Below are positions 1-10,400 of a stretch of DNA of 64,000 nucleotides, piece after piece; within the stretch, counting starts at the first letter, position 1; each line of letters opens with the position of its first letter. The notes below the pieces were generated by a model. It had not been told where the DNA came from and searched no databases. It saw nothing but the letters and a program-made list of their open reading frames with translations. The stretch lies in IMG/VR virus record IMGVR_UViG_3300025141_000026. The stretch is one strand, 5' to 3'. Made by a program: the position numbers and the translations under genes. The DNA is from a virus.

Positions 1-2394
1 TTCAGCACCAGTCCTATCAGTGGGATCTACATCGCTAGCTAATATAGTGGAGCCTTCCGCAAACACACTTTTCTTATTAACGTCAATCTGTGGTTTTGGC
101 TCCGTTGGCTGACGAAGGGGACCTGTGCCTGTGCCGGGGAGTGATTCAGAATATTTTGCGATATCAGAATAATCCGTACCATCAAAGTTCATCTCTGAAA
201 TGATTTCGGGTGTTTTATACTCATAATTCATTCCAAATGATAAAACAATTGCAGTTATATCATATTGATATTGTATTCCATAGCTAACTTGAGTATCAAT
301 AAACTTTATAACATCTGTTTCACTTGAGTTTAAGAAGTAGTATTCTTGTATTAGGTCGCCAACAGTTCCGTCTTCTCCAACTTGTCTTTTTCCCACCTCA
401 TACATTATGGTCTCTGTATAATTGCTGTCGCCAGACATCATAGCAGCAAAAGATCGGTGGTGTTGTTTTTCTAATTTTTTTATTTTTCCATATAAAATAG
501 CAGACAACATCACTCTCTGCATCTCATTGGATGGGCTAGAAAGTAAAAATTCTTCGTTTTCGTCTTTTGCAACAAAGATTGAATTTTCACTAAACATATT
601 TTTTAAATCAGAACTATTGAAAGTGCTTTTTACATAGTCAATTTGCTCTTGAGTCAGTCCAAAATTGCTAACAGATCCAGCTTTCCCATCTCCTATCAAG
701 TTGCCAAAGTCTACAGAGGCTAAAAACGCAATCATACTAGTTGTGTCTACAAGTGTGTTAGTGTCTATCTGCAATTCGGAGGTGGTTTTTTTATCTCCTT
801 CAAAATTAGAAAAACTTGTTTTCTTTTCTACAATGGTAAAAGGGATTTTTTCCCTCATGACATTTGAATTGTTATCAAAAAGAGATTGGTCTGAAAACCT
901 TTTGCTGTTATTTATTGAGTAGTACCTCATAAAATGATTGGACAAGGCAGTTTGCCTCAGTGTGTCGCCAACAACATTAGTAACACCAGTGCTAAATTCT
1001 AATTCATTATACATTGGGAACATAAATTTTTGATCATTATAATTCTGTAATATATCGGTGTCTTGCATAGGATAGAATACTAAGTTTTGCTTTTTACCTA
1101 CACTCTGATTCAGTATGTTCAATTTATTTGGAAATTGTTTTATCTCATTAGTCAAATTGCTAGACCAATAATTGAAATATTGCCCCGAAGCTGCTGGTGC
1201 TTCTTTAAGATTATTGTTTTCTAGTATATTGTTTTCGTTTATCTTCAAAGCGTCGTAACTAAATTCGCTAACTATACCGTCCAAAGTTATTATTCTTTCG
1301 TACCTCAAGAAGTCAGGATGTTCGTCTGTTACGTTCTTTGACGCAAACGAAGCAATAAAAACATACATATTCGGCAGCAAGTTTTCTGGGACATTGTGAT
1401 CCATTATTGCATCTTCGTATGATTTTATGTAAAAGTTGTACTCCGAACTTACAGAGAAAAAAGGTGTTTTTATACCTAAATTCATCTGTGATAATTCGCT
1501 CTGATCTTCTACAATTGGTGTATAAGAATCTACAACGTGATCAATGTATTGTTGGTTTGGATTTAGCCACGGGGAGCATATTTCTTGAGGTCCAAAAGTG
1601 TTCGATATACTTGGATCATTTGCACTCAATTCAGCAAAATCTAACAGGGCTGCACAGGGTCCTTTGGATACCTCAGAGCCCACTGGTGGGGGGAGAATTG
1701 ACAACTTTCTTTTCCACCAATCTTGTATCAACATCAAAATTTGTTCTGATTGTGTTTCTATAACTTTCTCGATGTAAATATCTACTGATTCCTGTAAATT
1801 TAGGTTGCTGCCCTGTACGCCGTGTTCCTTTATTGTGGCGTTTGTCATGCTCAGTATGTCTTCGTTACTCATCGCTCCAAAAGTTTGTTTTATTTCGTCT
1901 TTAGATACATTAAAAACCCCTTGAGCAAAAGTTCCATACAACCAGTTTGAGTCTGGTGTTATATACATTGTCTGCTCATATTCCCCCCACACTTTGTTGT
2001 TTAATAATTTTGGTTGTTCATAGTAAACCGAGTATGGGATTTGTGCTCTTGCGGGGTCGGCACCGGGGATATCTTTTCCCTTTACCTTTCCTATATCGTT
2101 ACTCAAGAAGACAATATTTGATTTATCATCTGTAAAAGTCCAGTATTTCCCGCCTATGTCTCTAAGTGTATCTGCAACATCGCCACCAGCCCCTCCCCAG
2201 AATGTTCCATAATCAAAATTTAATCTATTTTGAGATGTCCCATTTTCAGAAAAACTTGTGCCAATAATGAGTTTTTTTTCATTTGTTATCCCCAACGGTA
2301 TAAAAGAGAAAGTCTCTGGGACTTCTACAGCACCAGTCTTTAGGTCTTTGGGGTTTATAAGTATTTTGGGCGGTTTTGGTATCTGTAGTGTCAT
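1..2394 (-). CDS. Large putative virion structural protein, partial (runs off the left edge, >798 aa)
   Basis: Absent from the ORF track, presumably because no stop lies in the window. ATG at 2394 (MTLQIPKPPKILINPK...) follows an AAGGAAG SD-like site. The frame is open in the segments I translated. It contains the FN3-like strand FIDTQVSYGIQYQYDITA near 250-300. Confidence 0.7.
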   Translation of the reverse strand, partial: MTLQIPKPPKILINPKDLKTGAVEVPETFSFIPLGITNEKKLIIGTSFSENGTSQNRLNFDYGTFWGGAGGDVADTLRDIGGKYWTFTDDKSNIVFLSNDIGKVKGKDIPGADPARAQIPYSVYYEQPKLLNNKVWGEYEQTMYITPDSNWLYGTFAQGVFNVSKDEIKQTFGAMSNEDILSMTNATIKEHGVQGSNLNLQESVDIYIEKVIETQSEQILMLIQDWWKRKLSILPPPVGSEVSKGPCAALLDFAELSANDPSISNTFGPQEICSPWLNPNQQYIDHVVDSYTPIVEDQSELSQMNLGIKTPFFSVSSEYNFYIKSYEDAIMDHNVPENLLPNMYVFIASFASKNVTDEHPDFLRYERIITLDGIVSEFSYDALKINENNILENNNLKEAPAASGQYFNYWSSNLTNEIKQFPNKLNILNQSVGKKQNLVFYPMQDTDILQNYNDQKFMFPMYNELEFSTGVTNVVGDTLRQTALSNHFMRYYSINNSKRFSDQSLFDNNSNVMREKIPFTIVEKKTSFSNFEGDKKTTSELQIDTNTLVDTTSMIAFLASVDFGNLIGDGKAGSVSNFGLTQEQIDYVKSTFNSSDLKNMFSENSIFVAKDENEEFLLSSPSNEMQRVMLSAILYGKIKKLEKQHHRSFAAMMSGDSNYTETIMYEVGKRQVGEDGTVGDLIQEYYFLNSSETDVIKFIDTQVSYGIQYQYDITAIVLSFGMNYEYKTPEIISEMNFDGTDYSDIAKYSESLPGTGTGPLRQPTEPKPQIDVNKKSVFAEGSTILASDVDPTDRTGAE

Positions 2395-2422
2395 GGATCT
2401 AGATGCTTCCTTTATTCTCTAA

Positions 2423-5400
2423 TTAGATTTTCTCCATATTAATGGCTTCTTCTTGGTAATCATCTGCGGGTGGACCACCTGCGGGTCCACCTAAAATTCC
2501 TTGAAGATTCATCCCTCCAAACGGACCTGCAACGGGATTATCAGGGTTGAGGGCACTATTGCCGTCTGTAATTATAGAATTTTTCTCTGCTTGTATTTTT
2601 TCCTCTTCGGTCGGTTCTGTAATTGGAGGCAAGCTATTTGCGTAATCCGCTGGGTTGTCATCTTCGGTTATTACCGGTGGCGGTGTTGAGACCGGAGATG
2701 ACTGGGTGAAGCTCCCGTCATAAGAGGAAGGTTCGAGTATAAAAAACTCATCGAACACAGGCATTTCCAAACACTCCATTGGAACAATCCCATGCTCTGG
2801 CTTTGAATACGTCCTAAGTCTACAAAACATTTTTTTACCTATGGAAGATGTATATGTCTCGGCATCTAGGGTCTTCCATATTGGACTATTAATTTGAGGC
2901 ACATCAGGCGGAGTATCGATTACCATGGCAACAGAAAATTCCATCGGAGTTGAAGGGGGGGGAGTAGCCCTTTCAAATCCTGCTAAGTATTCTACCCTTT
3001 TTATATTGCGATAGTTAAACCCAAAAACTGCTTTATAGTACGGATCTGTTGCCGGATTGCCATCTAAATTTCCCCACTTGCTTCTCACTCTAGCATCTGG
3101 GTTGTTTTGAAGTATCAACGCTTTTATTGGATTTGGTAACTCTCTAAGCCTTTGCCTCATCTTGGCAACATTCATTATGCCATCTTGCTGCAATAAATCT
3201 TTTTTTACTTTTCCAATTATGTTTGGGACTGGTCTAGTGTTTGATGATTGAAGGGTTACATTAAAATATCTAAAATCAAAGTTTGTCTCTTTAGAGTTCG
3301 TCTCTTGTGATGGTTTTTTAGTAGACGCTAAACCTCCACACTGACTAGAATAACCATATATAAAGCTCAAGAAAGTCGATACTTCTGCGCCGCCTTTATA
3401 TGATATGCTTAAAGGATTGTCCTGCACCTCACTCAGTTTTATATTGTTATTTTCTAGTGGGTCAGTATCATCTATTTCTTTTCCTAAATAAAGTGACATA
3501 AAAAGACCTGAATTATCAATTGTTGTATCTTGGGAATTGGCTAATACATTATCCATCACTGCTACACAGTTTTTATTAGTTAATATTTGTTGTGCATGGT
3601 ATTTCATCTTATCTGCCGCTTGAGATAATAACGTCTTGGTGTTTTGATTTACAGACGTATCATAAGGTGGAAGAATAGAGGTGTTGTTGTAGTTCATTAT
3701 CTTTGTAGCCATATAACTATACCCCTTCTTATCGTAAAATGGTTGTGCGACAGGAGAGCCTTGGAATGGTGTTGAATCTTGCAAAAGAGAGTATTGAGGG
3801 GGCGTCTTCCCAGTAACATCTTCTGTGTCTCCTCCTGAAGAGACTCCGATGTTGATGGCAGAAGGAGATAAGTAAGAGAACAAACTATCGTATATAGTCC
3901 CCGGCACAACCGACTCTCCTGTGTCTGTGTCCACCATGTCAAAAGACGATGGGTTTTCTACTTTGAAATATTTTAACATCTCTTGCCTCAGTCTTTCATT
4001 GAATGCCTGTCCGGGGATTGTCAACAATCCCCTGCCGGATGATGTAAATGATTTGCCGGTTGGTGTTAGGAAGTCATATCCATATTTTTTTGGAACTTCC
4101 GTGTCAAAAATATCATCAATCCAATATTGAATTTTTATAATTCTTTTATCGGGTCTGCTTGACAGCACATTATCTGCCGACACCGCCAATTTTGTAGAGC
4201 CAGCCGCAATTTGACTAATTGCTGAAGAGTTCAAAGAAGTTCCTACCACTTGTGCTAATTTTGCTGCCGCGTTTAACAATAAATTCAGCAAAGTCTCAAT
4301 CCCTCTTGGTGTCCCAGTTAGAGGTCGTGTCATTAGTATCAATCTTTCTTTAGTGGACTCGCTGTCAAACGTTGTTGAATCTAGCTTGTATTCGTTTATA
4401 ACATTTGTAAGTCTGTTACTAGCATACTCCCACGGTTTGAATTCCTGACCGGAATACTTTTGGTTTAGTGTGTCATTGAATTTTCCTGTGCGCGTATTAT
4501 AATAGATATTTGGCGTTGTCGCCAATGTGTAATAAATGGATAGTGCTTTGTAAGCCTCGATCAATTTTATAACACTGTTGATTATATAGATGCTTGATCG
4601 ATCTAATATTTCCATTTCTATTCCATATTGATACTTACCATCTGTAAAGTTTTTGATTTGAAAATCATCGGCTGCAAAATATCTAAACCCAAGAGTGCCT
4701 ACATCAGACCCCATGTCTGGTGCTGTGATGTTTACTTCTTGTATACTGTTTGTATTTGCTGTGGGGTTTGAGCTAAAATCTCCTGCCATTCCGTTTTGTA
4801 AAATCTTTTCAGATCCCATGCTTATTGTGGAGATTACCTCTTCGGCATCAATGTGTGGCTCCCCCAAGTAGCCAGTTTTGAAAGGTATCTCTTTAGCGTT
4901 ATATGTCCCCAATCTATTTGATCGTGGAACAACATCAACTCTCTTTCTTTTTATGGACATATTCAATACTTGTGCAAACAACCTGTGTGACATTAGGCTA
5001 AAAACGTTTGTTGTTTTGGGCAATATGCCACCATATAAAGTAAGGTCTCTAACCAGCGAATAATAATCAACCCCGAACATAAATCTAGCATTTCCATCAA
5101 AATCTCTAGAAACATAATTTTTTGTAAAATAAGGTGGCGATTTATAAGCGTCAGTCTTGTCTCTCGTTACTTTATGTGCATTAGCTAAAGAGAATTCGTT
5201 GCTTTGTAAAAAAGATAAATTAAATTTTATTTTTTGTATTTCTTCAGAAATTCTAAAATCTTGTATTTTATTGTTAGAAACTGCTTTTTTCACCAACTCT
5301 TGTGCGGTTGCTGCGTCTGGTTCTGTGTAGAACAGGTTGTTTACTTTATAGACTTGACCGGTCCATATTTCTGAAGTTGATTTCAGCATATAAATGAAGT

Positions 5401-6310
5401 TTGTGCTCGCTATTTTGCCATTGCGAAATATATCTTGTACGGCTCGTTTTCCCACTGTGGGGCTGTTCAATTTTAGAAACGAAAGGTCTAGCCCAAACGT
5501 GTCTTCCATATTTTGCAAGTTTAGAGAACATGCAGCCACAACAGACAAATTATTTGGTGTATCTGTTGAATATTGATAAGTCTTACTAAACCGATAATTT
5601 TTTATCTTTTTTCCACTGTCGTCCACTTCTAGTTCCGCAGATAGGGCAGATTGTTGTAGGACGCCTTTTAGTGTCATTTTTTCACTTGTTATCGTATTTT
5701 TTTCAACGAAAGATAAGACTTGGCTAGAAACACTTGTGGCGTTTGCTCCCGACTTATATTGAAGACCCGAATATGGTGTTTGGAAAGATTCTTCTTTTAG
5801 ACCCATTCCAATTAGTTTTTGCTTCTCTTCCTCTGTTAGAAGCCCTTGTTGTATTAGAGGTATGATAGCAAACATTAGATTGAATTTCAAAATACTTTTG
5901 TTATTTTCTGTATCTATATTTGATCCTACTGATAGGATTTTAGACGCCAAGGTATCTTCTAATAAAACAAAATATGTATTAGTGTAGTTTTGCAGATCTC
6001 CATCGTTGGACCAAGTGGATAAAAGCTCCCCTATTGATCCATCAATACCATCTTTTATCACATAATCAACAGTTATTTTTAAAGATTTGTCTGTGGGGAT
6101 TGGATAACTAAATTCTTCGTAGTATTCCTCTATTCCAGTTTGAATCCCTTCAGAAATACTTGTTGGAGCTTTTCTATTTGTGTGTGCAAGAATACGATCT
6201 TTTTTATCTGCGCGGAAAACGGATCTCCCGTTCTCTAAAGTTACTTTGTTAATGTATATCGATGGTACAATATTACCAAAAATACTCTTGTCGTTACTTA
6301 ATACTGCCAC
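2423..6310 (-). CDS. Large hypothetical virion structural protein (1295 aa)
   Basis: Long ORF with GTG start, tightly packed in the baseplate operon; Pro/acidic C-terminal tail; no recognisable catalytic motif. Confidence 0.6.
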   Translation of the reverse strand: MAVLSNDKSIFGNIVPSIYINKVTLENGRSVFRADKKDRILAHTNRKAPTSISEGIQTGIEEYYEEFSYPIPTDKSLKITVDYVIKDGIDGSIGELLSTWSNDGDLQNYTNTYFVLLEDTLASKILSVGSNIDTENNKSILKFNLMFAIIPLIQQGLLTEEEKQKLIGMGLKEESFQTPYSGLQYKSGANATSVSSQVLSFVEKNTITSEKMTLKGVLQQSALSAELEVDDSGKKIKNYRFSKTYQYSTDTPNNLSVVAACSLNLQNMEDTFGLDLSFLKLNSPTVGKRAVQDIFRNGKIASTNFIYMLKSTSEIWTGQVYKVNNLFYTEPDAATAQELVKKAVSNNKIQDFRISEEIQKIKFNLSFLQSNEFSLANAHKVTRDKTDAYKSPPYFTKNYVSRDFDGNARFMFGVDYYSLVRDLTLYGGILPKTTNVFSLMSHRLFAQVLNMSIKRKRVDVVPRSNRLGTYNAKEIPFKTGYLGEPHIDAEEVISTISMGSEKILQNGMAGDFSSNPTANTNSIQEVNITAPDMGSDVGTLGFRYFAADDFQIKNFTDGKYQYGIEMEILDRSSIYIINSVIKLIEAYKALSIYYTLATTPNIYYNTRTGKFNDTLNQKYSGQEFKPWEYASNRLTNVINEYKLDSTTFDSESTKERLILMTRPLTGTPRGIETLLNLLLNAAAKLAQVVGTSLNSSAISQIAAGSTKLAVSADNVLSSRPDKRIIKIQYWIDDIFDTEVPKKYGYDFLTPTGKSFTSSGRGLLTIPGQAFNERLRQEMLKYFKVENPSSFDMVDTDTGESVVPGTIYDSLFSYLSPSAINIGVSSGGDTEDVTGKTPPQYSLLQDSTPFQGSPVAQPFYDKKGYSYMATKIMNYNNTSILPPYDTSVNQNTKTLLSQAADKMKYHAQQILTNKNCVAVMDNVLANSQDTTIDNSGLFMSLYLGKEIDDTDPLENNNIKLSEVQDNPLSISYKGGAEVSTFLSFIYGYSSQCGGLASTKKPSQETNSKETNFDFRYFNVTLQSSNTRPVPNIIGKVKKDLLQQDGIMNVAKMRQRLRELPNPIKALILQNNPDARVRSKWGNLDGNPATDPYYKAVFGFNYRNIKRVEYLAGFERATPPPSTPMEFSVAMVIDTPPDVPQINSPIWKTLDAETYTSSIGKKMFCRLRTYSKPEHGIVPMECLEMPVFDEFFILEPSSYDGSFTQSSPVSTPPPVITEDDNPADYANSLPPITEPTEEEKIQAEKNSIITDGNSALNPDNPVAGPFGGMNLQGILGGPAGGPPADDYQEEAINMEKI

Positions 6311-6313
6311 TTT

Positions 6314-7426
6314 CTAGCACTCCTCGATTTCTTCTTCTGTTACTCCACTATCATAAACATCTTCCAGACTACTTTCTACAGTTCTTCTGATTACATCTAG
6401 GTCTGGGCATTCGTACATGTCATCATAAATATTACCGTCTTTTCTTTCGTCCTGTATGACTGGGCAAATATCTTGTTCTGCTATTTCAAAATCAGCATTT
6501 ATATCAAAGAAATATTTTATAAAAGAAGTATCTCCCGTTATATTTGGCATCTTGAGTTTTGGTTCTCCAGTTAGGGAATTTGATAATACCTTTTTAGGGA
6601 AATACATAGGAGCCAAAATATCTTTTTTCCTGCTAGTGATGTCAAGAGAATCAGTCATTTCGTACACTTCAATTTCAAAATTATCATTTTTGAAGTCTAC
6701 ATTCAATTCTTCAAGCTTTATTAAAAGTTGTTTTTGAGCAACTTTTATGCTAGTCCCATCCGGAAAGTCCAACACATCAACAACATAATCACTTTGTATA
6801 TTTCTCAACCTTTCCTCTCGGGAGGCTGCTTTTCTTTTTTCTGTTTGTGCTTGTCTAAAAGCTTTTGTTTCTTCCTCTGACTGTATTGAAATAATGTATT
6901 CTAAATCTATATCTACTTGTGGTATTTTTTTAGGTACCGCATCGGCAGAGCTAGTTAGCAATGAAGTTGACCCACTTATTTCACCCTTGTACATCATCAG
7001 TTTCCATGCTGGGATAAAATCGCTACTCAAAGAAGAATTTGCTATACAATTATATGAGGAAAAATTTCTATCATTTTTTACTTCAAATTCTTTTATGCTT
7101 GGAGATTTTTTGCCAACAAACACAGCGTTCCCCTCATTGATGAACTCCCCTGATCTTATCAACATGTTGTTTCTTTGTATTTCTGTTTCTATACCGGCAA
7201 ACACGTATTGTGTTTTAGTTCTTGGCATTTCTTTGATTCTAACCTCTATTTCGTTTTGTTTGCTTCCGGTCTCGTTTGTCATTCCGGCGAACTGATTGTC
7301 GTAAATAATATCATCATCATAAAAAGCATAGTAGTAAGGTTCAAATTCTCCTTTGGAGAGTAGTTGTTTGCCATATTGCGTAAGTTCTATTTCTAGCACA
7401 TCTTCTTTTTTGTTAAAAAATGTCAT
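6314..7426 (-). CDS. Putative baseplate/tail-fibre-attachment protein (370 aa)
   Basis: N-terminal LTQYGKQLLSKGEF..YYAFYDDDIIYD resembles the LT..G..L...G...Y.A..D motif of myophage tail-collar/fibre-attachment domains; operon context. Confidence 0.5.
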   Translation of the reverse strand: MTFFNKKEDVLEIELTQYGKQLLSKGEFEPYYYAFYDDDIIYDNQFAGMTNETGSKQNEIEVRIKEMPRTKTQYVFAGIETEIQRNNMLIRSGEFINEGNAVFVGKKSPSIKEFEVKNDRNFSSYNCIANSSLSSDFIPAWKLMMYKGEISGSTSLLTSSADAVPKKIPQVDIDLEYIISIQSEEETKAFRQAQTEKRKAASREERLRNIQSDYVVDVLDFPDGTSIKVAQKQLLIKLEELNVDFKNDNFEIEVYEMTDSLDITSRKKDILAPMYFPKKVLSNSLTGEPKLKMPNITGDTSFIKYFFDINADFEIAEQDICPVIQDERKDGNIYDDMYECPDLDVIRRTVESSLEDVYDSGVTEEEIEEC

Positions 7427-7437
7427 TTCTACTCTCC

Positions 7438-10400
7438 CTATAATATTGGTTCATTGCCAATATCATTTATTTTATTTTCAACTTCTTTGTCCGTTTGTCC
7501 CCTGTCTATATCCCCTGTATTGAGAAAGACTTTCTTCACATCCGCTGGTGAAAAGGATTGGTCTTTGGCTAAATCGGGATCCTTTTTCTTAGGTGGATCA
7601 TTTATTTCTGGTGCTGGATCGACAGTTATATCTGGTGGTGTTATGGGGACATTGCCTCCGATTTGTACGCCAGCATCGATCTTTGCTAATTCCACCAAAC
7701 TAAAGAAGTCATATGGCCAATTATAGCTATAAGTTGTCTCCTCCAATGCCCCATCAACAAATTTGTCCATGCCCAATGTTTTACTTATAGCATTATTATA
7801 ACTATATTTTGCTCTCTGTTTTACCTTGAAGATCATCCATCTGACCTCTTTTGTGATTGACTTTCCTAGCAATAACTCATTGTTTGTAAGAAAGTGAGTT
7901 ATCTTTGAAGTTTGTTTTTCGGCTTTTACAGATATCTTTGGCATAACTCCCTGCCATATATCAGCCAAGTCCTGCTTATCTAAAGTGTGGCTAAACTCAA
8001 ATATATACATTTGAAATGGGGTTAGATTTTCGTTATTGATAAAGTCAAGAGACGGCGGGAAGACGTACTTCTGCATTCTTTCTATTTGATCAATAATAGA
8101 GTGACCCGGAGTATAAACCGCAGGATCTAATGGATCTCTCTTGCCTAAGATGGCATCTACAACATGGCGACCTTTTGTTTTTGCAACGACTAAATCTTCA
8201 GCAGGAACTAATGGATAGAATATTTTTTTATCCCCATTCACAGTAAAAGGTATCGCCACAACTGCTTCAAATATTTCTTTCTCTCCAGTTATCTCCCCAA
8301 TACGTTTCGCCTCAGTATTGGGGAACAAAACTTGCCTCAATGAACCGATCTGTGCTTCTGTAGTTGGTGATAAACCCAAGGCAGAAAGAGGGTTGCCCCC
8401 ATTGAATGGAGGGGCAAACGTAGGAAATGGATCTGTTAAGTCGTAATATATACCCTCTCCAGAAGAAGGAAATTCTCCGTATCCTCTCCACATCCCACGA
8501 GTATGAAGGTTTGCGTCTGCAAATGTTGTTCCAGTGTTCCCACTGAAATTCATGACAGGACACTCGAACTTGGGAGATATCACCCATTTTGATTCTTCCT
8601 GTCCAACTTGTGTGGTGGTTGGTCTTCCAAGAGCGTCAAATGCAAAGACGGGCTTTCCAACCACATTGAAAAGATTCATTGATGAATTTATTTGCATTTG
8701 GTATCTTGTTGCAAGAGAGAACTGATCTGTATTGGAGCCGCCTTCTCCCGGTCCATTTTTGGTGGGATCAAGAATTCCGAATGTCAAGTAATTGCTCTGA
8801 TCTAATTCATAATTATTGAAAAATGTTGATCCACTAGTTGCTATATAGCCAACAATCTCACTAAGAGTAAACGAAGAATTCTTTCCGCCCACATCTAATG
8901 ATTCGTTTGGTGCTAATTCTGTAAATTCATGTGGAGAAAATTTACATCTAACTGTAGACTTGCCATAAAAATATGGTGGAGTATAGGCAGCATTGGCTGG
9001 GTCACAACGAAAAGCATTGTTCATTCCAAAGGTCAGTGTCGATCTGTCAGCCATTCTTTGTAAGAGCGGTGGACCATAATGAATTCCTCTTGCTGATGCG
9101 GTGTTTCCTTGTGAACTAGTATTATTTAACCTGTGTGGTCCTTCATACATAACCATATCTGGTGTTTTATAAAGTTCGATATCCATATAATAATTGACAC
9201 CAGATAGAAAACTAGCCATTGAGGTTGATTCTATGTTTGAAAACTTGCCCTCTTCCAAAAAGAAATTTGGCACTTCAGCTAAAAAGTTGTTCATTGCTAA
9301 TGTGTAGTTGTCTTTGTTGTTGCCGTTCCAAACAGCATAAGCTCCACTAATTCGTGGGGCACCAGTGTACAATCTGGCGTCTAGGTAGTTTATTCTTTCG
9401 GGCTTGTCACTAACTGTGGTCAATTTGTTTTTTGATGCTAAATAATTTTGAGGATATAATAACGCTTCAAATGGTATTCTAAATGAGCCAGTATCCGTTT
9501 GGACAACATCTCCGCCCCCGGCACCACCAAAGTTATCGATATTTGTAGATCCAGTAAATGTCATCCAGTCAACAGCAATACCTGATTTGACTGTGTTATA
9601 CAGAATACCCGGATTGAAAAAAGGTTGCATAAACGCACTCACTCTTTCAGTGTTTGGATTAGAAGAGAAAATTTCACTTCCTTCTAGAAACGGAGCAAAT
9701 GATTGTGACATTAGGCTTCCTAGCTGAACTGTCCTATTCATTGGATAAAAGCCGTTGTATGGCAATAATTTCTTAATTCCACTGCACTTTACGGTTATCT
9801 TGGTTTGCTTGGCGACCCCATCATGTTGTTCTCGAATAACGTCAAAGTGTTTGATAAAATCACTGTGTGTGTAGATATCAAAGAAATCGGCATCAAATGG
9901 GTCGGTTTCAGATTCCGCAGATTGGGATAAGTGCCCACCCTCAAGTGTCAAGTATTTATTATTTTTAGACGTAGCACCAAAGAAAGTACCCTTATCTAGA
10001 TAGTAGTCCATGTGTTGAGATATTCTAAATTCTGGGAGGACCGTGTGGTCTTGCCCAAACAACCTAATATCAGATGCATATTCTTCATAAGAATCGAACC
10101 ATGGCTTCTTACCTGACAGTCTTCCTGTGTCCCAATTTGGAATAAACTCTGAGTAGAATTCTCCATCAGACCCTCCTTCTGCCGCAGATGACGACATGAA
10201 AGCGTGATACTCGTAAGTGAAGGAGGCTGTTGGGGACAATAATGCGGTTCTATCTATTTGGTATTGCAACATTGATGTGCTAAAGCTATCTACAGAAAGT
10301 GCACCATGATTCGTCCCTGTGAGTTGTGAGTAATCAATTGTTGCCCCTGTCATTCTATCTCCAACATCAAGGGGGTGAACACTAAAAGCAGTGGCGAATT